Source: Blastocatellia bacterium | Lineage (GTDB): Bacteria > Acidobacteriota > Blastocatellia > UBA7656 | Reading direction: 5' to 3' | DNA: 64,000 bases | NCBI GenBank assembly: GCA_963765495.1 | Contig: CAVXWP010000010.1 | Coordinates: forward strand, 1-64,000 | In this document: positions 10,536 to 22,237 of the stretch, piece after piece | How positions within the stretch are numbered: the first letter of the stretch is position 1 | How the letters are laid out: every line of letters starts with the position of its first letter | Position numbers and translations under genes: made by a program | The notes under the pieces: generated by a model | Database searches by the model: none | The model's input: only the letters and a program-made list of their open reading frames with translations | Told to the model about the DNA's origin: nothing

Positions 10536-11428
10536 CAGTCAAGATCACAGATAGAGATATCCAGATTCTTGAGTTGATTGCCGCCGTCGGGTGGCTTTCA
10601 ACCCGCCAGATTCACTATGCCCTGTTTCCTGATGCCATTGCGAAGGTGGTCAACAAACGAACGCGAAAGCTCACTCAGGCACGCTATCTGGACAAGGTGA
10701 GACTCAGCCGAACAGATCAAAATCTCTATAGGTTGGGGAAGGAAGGCAAGAAACTGCTGGCCGTTGAGACTAACTTTCCAGAGGAGGGGATCGTACAAAT
10801 GAGAAAACCGCCAAGAGAGCTAGACCATTTCCTGGCAATCAATGATTTGAGATTGATCTTTGAAAAAGAAATCAAGAAGCGGGGCGGTGAGATGAAGTTC
10901 TTCCTTGCCGATCTTGAGCTAAGAAAGAGAGGTGAACAATCTCCCATCATTCCTGATGCTATTATGCGTTTCCTGTTAGATGGGAGGGATTACCGCTTCG
11001 TTATCGAGTATGACAACGGCACCGAAACCTCACGCTATTTTGCAAGGGAGAAGGTGCGGAAGTATATCCAGATCGTTTCTACTAACCGCTCAATTTTTAG
11101 TCTTATGCATTTTCGGATTCTCGTCTTCACTGCGAATCTAAGAATAGCTTTGAAACTGATTAAGGGGTCAGTCAGAGAAAACCCTCCACCGGGCCTTTTC
11201 TACTTCGCTGCCAAAAGTGAGATAGCTCCCGAAGATATCTTGGCCGACAATTACTTGGATCCGGCAGGGCTTCTTCAAGAGGGGCGTGGTAGCAAGGTTG
11301 AGGGCATAACCAGCCGCCGATCGGAGGTTAAGTGGCACTCCCTTACTGAGATGGTGTCTCGTAGTGGTGTCTCGATGCACCAGGAAGAGCAGGATAAGTC
11401 CTTTGCTATACGTGAATGCCAACTCTAG
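10532..11428 (+). CDS. Replication-relaxation (Replic_Relax, MOBC-like) protein
   Basis: N-terminal ITDRDIQIL...LSTRQI wHTH, DHFLAINDL, IPDA, IEYDNGTE (PD-(D/E)xK-type); AAGGA RBS before ATG 10532. Confidence 0.85.
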   Translation: MTVKITDRDIQILELIAAVGWLSTRQIHYALFPDAIAKVVNKRTRKLTQARYLDKVRLSRTDQNLYRLGKEGKKLLAVETNFPEEGIVQMRKPPRELDHFLAINDLRLIFEKEIKKRGGEMKFFLADLELRKRGEQSPIIPDAIMRFLLDGRDYRFVIEYDNGTETSRYFAREKVRKYIQIVSTNRSIFSLMHFRILVFTANLRIALKLIKGSVRENPPPGLFYFAAKSEIAPEDILADNYLDPAGLLQEGRGSKVEGITSRRSEVKWHSLTEMVSRSGVSMHQEEQDKSFAIRECQL

Positions 11429-11582
11429 CCAAAACAAATATGCCTATGAATTCTTATGATAATTGACAGATCAAACCAGGTAACAAGGTGCTTGCCCCTT
11501 TCGTCAGCTTCCGCACCCTTGTTGACTTGCTTATATTTTCTAATCTGAAGCTGGTTCTCTGAAAACTAGGTTTCTCGGTTCA

Positions 11583-11852
11583 ATGGGATTGAAACAGTTG
11601 GAGCAAACCAAGGCAATGACCGATGATGTGCTAACAAAATCTGAACTGGCTGAATTCCTCAATGTCAGCGAGCGCAGCATCGAAAGGTGGATTGTGGAGA
11701 GGACCATTCCTTTCATTTTGCTCCCCCAAAGAGGCTCACGCTGCAATATACGCTTTCTTAAATCCACAATCATTATGTGGCTTAAGAAGAATGAAAGGAG
11801 AGCATCAAACAGACTTCTCATGGAGGTAGATAATGAAGAAGAAAAAGAGTGA
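11583..11852 (+). CDS. Excisionase-like HTH protein
   Basis: LTKSELAEFLNVSERSIERW...IPF...IRF; immediately upstream of integrase. Confidence 0.85.
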   Translation: MGLKQLEQTKAMTDDVLTKSELAEFLNVSERSIERWIVERTIPFILLPQRGSRCNIRFLKSTIIMWLKKNERRASNRLLMEVDNEEEKE

Positions 11853-12929
11853 ACTTCCACAAGGCGTTTTCTGGAGGGGAAACATACTTTGGATACGCTA
11901 CCAGAACGAGCAAGGTAAAATCGTCAAGGAAAGCACAGGACAAACCTCTGTCAAAGTAGCTGTGCAGATTTACAACAAGCGAAAGACAGAGGTTGCAATG
12001 GCAATCAACTTCCCTTCTAGAAGAATTCAAGAAAGTTTCCTTTTAAAGAGTTGTTCGACTACTGGTGGAACAATCACGGAAAGTACAAGCCGAGTAAATT
12101 TGAATACCTGATCCCTCGCCTTCATAGATTCTTTAAGCTCAAAGCAAGGCAAATCTCTTCTGACATGGTTCGCGCGTTCTTGAACAGCCTGAGAGACGAA
12201 GAGGGATTGTCAGCCTCTAGCGTCAATCACTATAGGACAATTATTAACTCTGTTTTTAACTACGCAATCAGGAACAAGAAGTATGATGAAAATCCGGTAA
12301 AGGCTGTGCCTATGATGCCGCAGCCGCCTGGACGAGACAGATTCACAACGCCGGAAGAGATCCAGAAGCTTCTGGATATGTGCGAGAGGGAGAATGATCT
12401 AGAGATGAAAGCCTTTGTCATCATTGCGGCCACCACTGGTTTGCGCAAAGGCTCAATCCTGCCCCGCAAGTACTCTGATGTGTTTCTCGATACGGAGATT
12501 CCCTACCTTTACGTGGGCAAAACCAAGAATGGCGACCCAATCAAAATCCCTCTGGCAGAGATGGCAACGCAATCCATTAGGACGTTGCCTAGCTATGGAA
12601 GAAGTGAGTACCTATTCCCGGCAAGGCCCAACGTACGCTACAAGGGCAATTTCAAAAAGCTGCACACCTGGGATATAGGAAAGCGGTTTAGAAGGCTTTG
12701 CAAGCTGGCCGGTATAGAAAACCTGAGGGTTAATAACCTGAGACACTTCGCTACTACTATGCTGTTTATGGAGGGAATCTCAGATTCGATGATAGCCAAA
12801 ATGACTGGACATAGGAGCAGAGAGTTGAAGCGTTACCAACACCTGAGTCCAGAGTTCAAGAGGCAGACAGTTGAAATAATAGCTCAGAAACTCACCAAGG
12901 CTATTCCTTCCAGCGATCTCATACATTGA
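11833..12929 (+). CDS. Tyrosine recombinase/integrase (frameshift in 12021-12050)
   Basis: Arm-binding N-terminus, SASSVNHY, NPVK, TGLRKG, KTKNG, NNLRH, TGH, RYQH. Confidence 0.9.
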
Positions 12930-13165
12930 TGCAGGTGGTTGCACAGATTGGAGTCCCATTTCAAGGGAAGCATCTACGGGTTTGTGCGTGCTTCCCTTCT
13001 TTATTCCGTATTTCAAGTGATGGATTACAAATATTTGGCTGAAAAAGCTCTCAATACTAATTGGCCCGACACCTGTCACGAGTTCTCATTTTGAAATGTG
13101 CCAAGTCCACTGCGCTTGATTTTAGGTATGTTTAGTGGAACACCTACTGGCACAGTGCTTTTTCC

Positions 13166-13204
13166 CAATGATTTAGGGCTAGTTGAACTAGCCCTAAATC
13201 ATTG
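13166..13204. terminator. Perfect 39-nt palindrome downstream of tRNA-Asp
   Basis: CAATGATTTAGGGCTAGTT-G-AACTAGCCCTAAATCATTG. Confidence 0.6.
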
Positions 13205-13211
13205 ATTATAA

Positions 13212-13290
<79 letters not shown>

Positions 13291-13351
13291 GCTGAAAATT
13301 CAATGCCAACTCAACGCCAGAACCGGGGAAGACTTCCCACCCTTAAAGCGA

Positions 13352-13426
13352 TGGTGGGCGGTACTGGGTTCGAACCAGTGGCCCCCGGTTTGTAAGACCG
13401 ATGCTCTACCGCTGAGCTAACCGCCC
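13352..13426 (-). tRNA. tRNA-Val(TAC)
   Basis: Reverse complement GGGCGGTTAGCTCAGCGGTAGAGCATCGGTCTTACAAACCGGGGGCCACTGGTTCGAACCCAGTACCGCCCACCA. Confidence 0.97.
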
Positions 13427-13442
13427 CTCGTGGCGAAAGGAT

Positions 13443-13472
13443 ACTATAGAGGGCATATTCAAGAACTGTCAA
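13443..13472 (-). promoter_or_regulatory. Sigma70 promoter of the tRNA-Val/Asp pair
   Basis: TTGACA-N18-TATAGT on the minus strand just upstream of tRNA-Val. Confidence 0.7.
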
Positions 13473-13590
13473 GTAATAAAGCAAATCCTCTACGGGCGCA
13501 AATCGAGAAGGAAATCAGTCAGAGAATTTTGCAGATTCATCCCCCATTTGCAGTATTGATTGGCCCGACCCAATGCCTCAAACTTTTCTC

Positions 13591-13618
13591 TTGACGAAAT
13601 TGTTATCCGTAGTACAAT
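13591..13618 (+). promoter_or_regulatory. Sigma70-like promoter upstream of the M4 peptidase leader
   Basis: TTGACG-N16-TACAAT. Confidence 0.55.
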
Positions 13619-14165
13619 GCGGTCTTTCATACAAAACTTGCACTATCGAACGTATCAGTCGAAATTTCGGACGCTGATTGCATGTGGGTTGGAGAGGCGC
13701 AGCCAATGCTCGCACACCAGGCCGCATCAATAAAGGCAGACGCCAACAGAAGCGCTGCCCAATCAGACCGAAGCCTCATCCTCGGTCAATATCAGATCGG
13801 AGGAATACCTGGCCTTTACAGGGGTTGTTATGTCCCGAAGGCGCAGGCCTTTAAAGATTGCGCCTGAAAGACCTGTCGATGCTCTCCTGATTTAACCGGC
13901 AATCGCGTTCCTTGCGGCGATTGCTTCAACCGATAACCACTCAGCGGTCGGTGCGAAGGCTTTCTGCACCGGCATTACATAAATCTCACGGTTTATCGCA
14001 GGCGAGTGCACGCTCAAGGGCGTGCCCGGTGGAATTCGTATGCCTGTGCTTCCGGGCCGCACTCGCAGATGCTCAATAAAATCACTCGATTCGAGTGAAA
14101 GGGGAGAAGGTGTAGCGCAGACCGAGACCCCGTCAAAAGACTCAGAAGCTTGCTAAGGAGGAAAA

Positions 14166-16265
<2,100 letters not shown>

Positions 16266-16541
16266 CCTTGCAAGAGGCAGTGAAGGGGCGGCTCTGAGGA
16301 GTCGCCCCTCGCTCGTTTCGGCCTCTCCCTTTTAAGATCATCATTACTTTGAAAACTGTCTCTTTAATCTGAGATTTGAAATTTGAAATTTGAGATCAAA
16401 GATAAGATACGGGAATCAAAGAATCTGCTTTCCGATATTCCAAAGCATAAATCCTGTCAGGTTTATCTGCCCTCTCTTGTGTGATAGACTCTTACAGCGT
16501 AGAGAGTGTTTCGAGTACAACAGAGGGGGTGCAGTGCCGTT

Positions 16542-16958
16542 ATGGCTGACAATAATAAGGAAGAGTACATTGATGCGGGAACGGCCGAAAGCGAGCAGTT
16601 CGAAGCTGACGAAGAGGTGCAGCAGGAGTTTGCCGATGCGCAGAAGCTCGGTTCAGGCGGTGAACAGTTTATGCGCGAATTGCGCGAACATCATTCGCGC
16701 ACGCCCGATCTCTCGGGCGGCGATCTGGATGCCGATTGGGCGCGTGCCGACATCGGCGATGAGACCGTAGGCGGTTCCAGCCCTACGCCCGATCAGGATA
16801 TAGTCGAAGAGCTGGGCGAAGCCGTGGGCCTGACCTATCAAGACAACGAACCATTGCATACGACCGAAAAAGTGGATGAGCGCGATCATAAACGATGGGA
16901 GCTGGATCCGGCTTCTTCGGAAGACTACAACCAGAGAGTCAATCACGAAGGCGAATGA
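16542..16958 (+). CDS. DUF6335-like acidic protein
   Basis: LSGGDLDADW, VGGSSPTPDQDIVEELG, RWELDPASSED pattern. Confidence 0.75.
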   Translation: MADNNKEEYIDAGTAESEQFEADEEVQQEFADAQKLGSGGEQFMRELREHHSRTPDLSGGDLDADWARADIGDETVGGSSPTPDQDIVEELGEAVGLTYQDNEPLHTTEKVDERDHKRWELDPASSEDYNQRVNHEGE

Positions 16959-17098
16959 AGTTTTCCGGCCTGTCCTCTCTTCGAATCGAAGAGGGCGCGG
17001 GCCGGGGCTTTGTTCGCGGCAAGTTTCTTCGCAATTGACCTTCTGATATAATTCGCGCCGATTTCGAAAATCGGAACGAGTGGAGGGATAGCGTAGCA

Positions 17099-18055
17099 AT
17101 GCGCAAGATTTTTTCAATTCTGCTTATGACCACAATCGCGCTTGCCGCCCAGGCGACGCAAGCCGATACCATACACCTGAAAAACGGCAGCGTGCTCAAA
17201 GGAAAAGTCGCAAGCTTTGCCGATGACCTGTTCGTCATCATGCTCGATACCGGATCGGGCCAGTATATGAGCAAGGCTATGATCTACATGGGCGATGTGG
17301 CTCGCATAGAGTTCGACTCGGCTCCTTCGATCACATCAGGCACAGAAGGCCCGTCAAGCCCGTCAAGCTCGTCAGGCTCGTCGGAGTTCTCCGATTCACC
17401 GCCCGCGCGAATCGATGCGGCACCTGCTCGCCAGGATAATTCATCATCGATACTGCCAAGCGTCAGCAAGCCTCGCGAAGAGATTTCGCGCGATTCCTCT
17501 CCGGGAGTCACCGTCCTGCGCGATGAGGTTCCGCGCGATACGCAGCCAGCCGAGGCTGTCCGCGATGCAACCGAAGCGCCTGCCGAAGCTCCAAAAACCG
17601 ACACCGATACGCCTCAGCCTCAGCCTGTGACCGAAAGCCCTGCGCCTGCCCGGCCTTCTCGAAAGCTCACAGGCCCGGTCAGGACAGCAAGTATTGATGT
17701 CGTTGCGGCGCGCGACTGGACGAGCACCGGGCTTATCGTCAAACGAGGCGATGTTTTGCGAATAACGGCCACCGGCTCGGTCGTGCTTGATCCCGTGAGC
17801 GGTAAATCGAGCGGCCCGGAAGGAACCGAAGCTGCCGACGCCAAGAAGCTTTTGCAGGATCGCCCTACGGGAGCGTTGATTGGAGTGATCGGAGCCGACA
17901 ACGATGATTTTATCTATATAGGCAATTCGGCCGAATTTACAGCTACTCGCGACGGCCTGCTCTTTTTGTCGGTAAACGAAGGAACGCTGTCGGATAACGA
18001 AGGCTCCTATAAAGCCACTATCGAATTGCAGGCGCAACGCGCTTCGATCAAATAA
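17099..18055 (+). CDS. Secreted protein: DTIxLKNG N-domain, Pro/Ser linker, LecA/PA-IL-like C-domain
   Basis: Signal peptide; WTSTGL...ITATG, GALIGVIG, LFLSVNE..DNEG. Confidence 0.65.
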   Translation: MRKIFSILLMTTIALAAQATQADTIHLKNGSVLKGKVASFADDLFVIMLDTGSGQYMSKAMIYMGDVARIEFDSAPSITSGTEGPSSPSSSSGSSEFSDSPPARIDAAPARQDNSSSILPSVSKPREEISRDSSPGVTVLRDEVPRDTQPAEAVRDATEAPAEAPKTDTDTPQPQPVTESPAPARPSRKLTGPVRTASIDVVAARDWTSTGLIVKRGDVLRITATGSVVLDPVSGKSSGPEGTEAADAKKLLQDRPTGALIGVIGADNDDFIYIGNSAEFTATRDGLLFLSVNEGTLSDNEGSYKATIELQAQRASIK

Positions 18056-18191
18056 TTGATAGATCAGGAGATTGGAGCAGGGTGAGCGCACGGCTCAACT
18101 CTGCTTCGATCTGCTCTCATTTTCACCATCTTCTCACACTCGAATTTTGCAAGCTCTCGCTCGGTAATCTAACATTCAATACCCTGGACGG

Positions 18192-18247
18192 TTAACATCC
18201 ATTTTACATCCATTTTCCTTGACTTGATTACAACCTTGAAGTAGGCT
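18192..18247 (+). promoter_or_regulatory. Promoter with OmpR/PhoB-type tandem box
   Basis: TTAACA-N5-TTTACA (18192-18208) upstream of TTGACT-N17-TAGGCT (18219-18247). Confidence 0.45.
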
Positions 18248-18736
18248 GTCGCTTACTGTTTGCGGTTGTTTTTATCCTTTCAAAGTCCAGGGGCAAGGCG
18301 GGCAGCAGCGTAACATTTTTGTAACTCGTTTAGAGTTCCATCCGACCCGGGTTAAGGATCAAAATGACGCGCAGACGTTAAGGCTCTTTTCAGGCAAAAA
18401 ATATGACCACTCATAACCGCAAAGGATAGAGCTTCATATCCGCGCGGCAGGATAAAGGCTGTAAGCAATTGAGTTCCGGTCAAAAGCTGTTGCTGCGATA
18501 ATAAGCGGCCTTAAATTTTAGTAAAACCGCTCAAAGGCTTGGGGCCGAATGCTCAAAATTGGTAAAGAGACGGGGGCGCTGCTTTGTATAAAGAATCTCT
18601 TATGCAGCTCCACGCCGATCAATTCAAATCAGAGTGAAGATATACGAAATCAGGTTACGAAAGATTTCCGGTCAGGCAAAAACGCCCGATCGGGTCTTTC
18701 GTAGCCTTAACCTTATTTCCAAAGAGAGGCAGGAAA

Positions 18737-21700
18737 ATGTCAAAAATAAAACCATTCCGATCAGTTAGTGCGCTGCTTGTGGCGCTCTGCCTGGCCCTCA
18801 GCACCGTTCCGGCGATGGCACAATCGCAGGCCAGCACGGGCCAGATCACCGGCTCGGTCGTCGACAGCACGGGAGCACTGGTTCCCGGCGCGACCGTAAA
18901 AGCCACAAACAATAATACGGGTTTGGAGCGTAAGGTGACGACCGGCGATGATGGGCTGTACACGCTCGTGTTGCTCCCCCCCGGCACCTATACTCTAACC
19001 GGCGAGGCAAGCGGATTCTCGACTACGACCGTCACCAATGTAGAGGTAGTCGTGGGACGAACCGTAGATGTTAAGATCAACCTTAGCGCAAGCGGCGTGC
19101 AGGAAGAGGTGCAGGTATCTGCGGGGGCGGTTCAGGTACAGACGACCCGTCCCGAAGCCGACGCGGTGCTAAACGAGAAAGCAATCGACAATCTCCCGAT
19201 CAATGGACGGCGCTTCCAGGATTTCATAACGCTTACGCCCTCGGCTCAGGTCGAGCCTCGCCGCCAACAGATTTCACTTTCGGGGCAGCTCGGAATTCAC
19301 AGCAACATCAACGTTGACGGTGTGGATTATAACCAGCCGTTTTTCGGCGGCATTCGCGGAGGCGAACGATCCAACAATGCCTACACCATCCCGCAGGAAG
19401 CCATCAAGGAATTCCAGGTGGTTGCAGCCGGGTACTCGGCCGAATTCGGTCGCTCGACCGGAGGCATCGTCAATGCCGTGACCAAATCAGGAACCAACGA
19501 TTTTCACGGCTCGGCCTTCTATCTTTACAGGCCAAAAAAACTTGCCAGGGACAACGATTTCATCAACGCGCTGGAGCTTAATCTGAGCGACCCGACCGGC
19601 TTCGATAATCCGACCGGCCCGCTCGTCGATATTGCCCCAGCACCAACACAACACCAGTTCGGCGGCTCTTTCGGCGGCCCTTTGAAGAAAGACAAAATAT
19701 TCTTCTTCGCCGCCTACGAGCAACAGCGTGTGCGTCAGACCCGGCAGGTGCTCTTTGATGCCCTGTCAGGATTTACTCCGACCTCGGCAACACAGGAAGC
19801 ATTCGACTTCTTCGAATCGCTGCAAACACCTTTTATCCAAACCAACGATGCGAATGCCGTGCTGGGGCGCGTTGACTATGAAATAAACAACAGCAATCGC
19901 TTCAACATCCGTTACAGCTTCAGCAGGAACGAGGCATTGAATGCCGTATCCAACGGCGTGCCGCTGTTTCCAACCATAACAAACGCGCTCTCTAATAACG
20001 GCACGGAGAAGGACCGCAGCCACACGGTAGTAGGCCAGTTGACCAGTTTCTTCAGCACAAGCATGGTAAACGAGTTACGCTCTCAGTTTTCCCGCGAAAC
20101 TCGCCCGCGCCTGTCAAATGAAGAGTCGCCCACAGTCGAGACAACTATCGGGCGCTTTGGAACGGTCAGCTTCCTTCCCACAACCGAGTTCGATTGGCGC
20201 ATTCAGATTGCCGATAATTTGACCTATAGTCACGGCGGTCACACCTTCAAGTTCGGCGGGGAGTATAACCGCACTCACGCGGATCAGGCATTCGGTTTCA
20301 GTCAATTCGGGCGCTTCATTATCAGCAGAGATACCGTGACGACGCTCGACGTACTGGGTCTTGGCGGATCGACCGCCAACCGCTTCGATTCGACTGCGGT
20401 CACTTATCTGAAACAGATCGGAAATCTTCAGGCAGCTTTCAACACAAATGAAGTCGCCTTCTTCGGGCAGGATGCCTGGCGCGTGCTGCCTAACCTCACG
20501 CTCAATTTCGGGCTGCGATGGGAAGGTCAATACAATCCTGACCCGGAACTCGGCAACGATGCCTTAATCAACCTGATCAAGGGATTTCCCTTCCCCTCAA
20601 AACATAACGTAGACCCGACACGCATAGACGACGACACCAACAATTTCGGGCCGCGTTTCGGGTTTGCCTATGATCCGGCGGGTGACGGAAAGACCGTCAT
20701 CCGTGGTTTTGCGGGCATCTATTATTCGCGCACGCCTGCGTTGCTGATTGCCGGACCGCTCAACAATTTCCGCATACCGGCGGGCGACCTCTCGATAGCC
20801 CTTCCGCTCAGGGCCGCGCCCGGTAATCCCAATGCATCGGCCAACACCGTCTACAAACAACTGAAGCTGATCGGCATAGACCTCAACACTTTCTCGCTCG
20901 GCAATCTGCCGAACATATCCGCAGAGCAGATTCAACAGATCGCCACACTGCTTGGTGTCGATCCGTTCACAGCCGGTCTTCAGCCCATCCTGATGGCAAC
21001 CGGATACGAAAATCCGAGATCGAATCAGGCGGGCATAGGCGTCGAGCGAGAGATCAGCAGAGGTCTTACGGTCGGAGCCGATTTCACATATGTCCACACA
21101 CTGCATCTTCAGCAGAACCGCGATGTGAACATACCGGAACCGAGAATCCGGGCAACCGATCCGGCGCAACGCCCGTTCTTCGGGCTTCGCAGCGGCACAC
21201 CGCGCCCAATCCCGACTCTGGGCAGCATTCAGATACGTGAATCCACGGGCAAATCGCTCTATCGCGCGCTTACGCTCCGGTCGAAATTCCAGCGCCGCTG
21301 GGGGCAGGTAAATCTTTTCTATGTTCGGGGAAAGGCGCTTTCCAGCACCGATAACGAGCGCGAATCGGGCGGCGTGCAGTATGAAAACGCTTTCGACGTA
21401 AACTCCGAGTACGGGCTTTCGAACCTGGATATCAAACACCAGTTCCTCGCCAACCCGATCATATTCCTGCCCTGGGGCATAGATGTAGCGAGCGCCATTC
21501 GGCTGAGATCGGGTCGCCCGATTGACGCAGTCTTTGGCAGCGATGCCAACGAAGACATCGGCGGTTCGGATCGTCCTTTCAGCGCCCCGGGCGTGCCCTT
21601 CGAGCGTAATATGTTCCGCAACAGAGCGATCTACAATATTGATTTTCGCGTCCAGAAGAGAGTCCAGCTCAGCGAAAACAAACGGCTGATCTTCTCCGCG

Positions 21701-21946
21701 GAATTCTTCAACATCTTCAACTTCAACAACATCGAACTGGCGGGCACAACCGTCACCCGGTATTGCGACAATGCCGTGGGATCGAGTTCGGCCCCGCTCG
21801 ATTGCGGGTTCTCAAGCCCGACCAATCCCAACTTCCTTCAGTTGAGAGACATGAATCCCGCATCAAAACGATTTGGAAAATTGTTACTCAGCAACAACTC
21901 GGGCGATCCCTTCCAGGTGCAGCTGGGCGCTCGATTCCAGTTCTAA
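18737..21946 (+). CDS. TonB-dependent receptor, Oar-like, with carboxypeptidase-regulatory-like N-domain
   Basis: [38 protein letters not shown]-terminal QLGARFQF. Confidence 0.95.
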   Translation: MSKIKPFRSVSALLVALCLALSTVPAMAQSQASTGQITGSVVDSTGALVPGATVKATNNNTGLERKVTTGDDGLYTLVLLPPGTYTLTGEASGFSTTTVTNVEVVVGRTVDVKINLSASGVQEEVQVSAGAVQVQTTRPEADAVLNEKAIDNLPINGRRFQDFITLTPSAQVEPRRQQISLSGQLGIHSNINVDGVDYNQPFFGGIRGGERSNNAYTIPQEAIKEFQVVAAGYSAEFGRSTGGIVNAVTKSGTNDFHGSAFYLYRPKKLARDNDFINALELNLSDPTGFDNPTGPLVDIAPAPTQHQFGGSFGGPLKKDKIFFFAAYEQQRVRQTRQVLFDALSGFTPTSATQEAFDFFESLQTPFIQTNDANAVLGRVDYEINNSNRFNIRYSFSRNEALNAVSNGVPLFPTITNALSNNGTEKDRSHTVVGQLTSFFSTSMVNELRSQFSRETRPRLSNEESPTVETTIGRFGTVSFLPTTEFDWRIQIADNLTYSHGGHTFKFGGEYNRTHADQAFGFSQFGRFIISRDTVTTLDVLGLGGSTANRFDSTAVTYLKQIGNLQAAFNTNEVAFFGQDAWRVLPNLTLNFGLRWEGQYNPDPELGNDALINLIKGFPFPSKHNVDPTRIDDDTNNFGPRFGFAYDPAGDGKTVIRGFAGIYYSRTPALLIAGPLNNFRIPAGDLSIALPLRAAPGNPNASANTVYKQLKLIGIDLNTFSLGNLPNISAEQIQQIATLLGVDPFTAGLQPILMATGYENPRSNQAGIGVEREISRGLTVGADFTYVHTLHLQQNRDVNIPEPRIRATDPAQRPFFGLRSGTPRPIPTLGSIQIRESTGKSLYRALTLRSKFQRRWGQVNLFYVRGKALSSTDNERESGGVQYENAFDVNSEYGLSNLDIKHQFLANPIIFLPWGIDVASAIRLRSGRPIDAVFGSDANEDIGGSDRPFSAPGVPFERNMFRNRAIYNIDFRVQKRVQLSENKRLIFSAEFFNIFNFNNIELAGTTVTRYCDNAVGSSSAPLDCGFSSPTNPNFLQLRDMNPASKRFGKLLLSNNSGDPFQVQLGARFQF

Positions 21947-21969
21947 GCAGACTGGCAGAAAAAACTCTG

Positions 21970-22002
21970 GCGGTAGCGAGACAAACTCGCTACCGCTTTT
22001 TT
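21970..22002 (+). terminator. Rho-independent terminator
   Basis: GCGGTAGCGAG-ACAAA-CTCGCTACCGC-TTTTTT. Confidence 0.9.
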
Positions 22003-22237
22003 CTTTTGCAGAAAGTCTTGTTCACCCCATAAAACGATACTTTCTGCAAGCCCGATATTCTCTCCCGTTCATTCAAAGGTAAGAGATTCTGGAACCGAAT
22101 TCAGTTTCAGGTGTCTAAATAATAAGCGCCATTCAATCAACAAAAAAAGCGCACGCCGTGCTGTGCGGAATCTGGAGATGTGCGCTGATGCGAGCTGCCA
22201 CCGAGCCTTGCGAGCCGCGTCAGCAATGGAGGAGATA

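Larger units (their letters stand above)
1..13211. mobile_element. Right part of an integrative (probably mobilizable) element inserted at the 3' end of tRNA-Asp; left boundary outside window
   Basis: Tyrosine integrase + excisionase + relaxase-like + coupling-protein-like genes end ~280 bp from the tRNA-Asp 3' end; IS cargo; visibly more AT-rich than the core; no second copy of the tRNA 3' end seen in 1-13200. Confidence 0.85.

Noticed and set aside
18250-18736. Cobalamin or other riboswitch before the TonB receptor
   Set aside because: No recognisable conserved riboswitch motifs by eye
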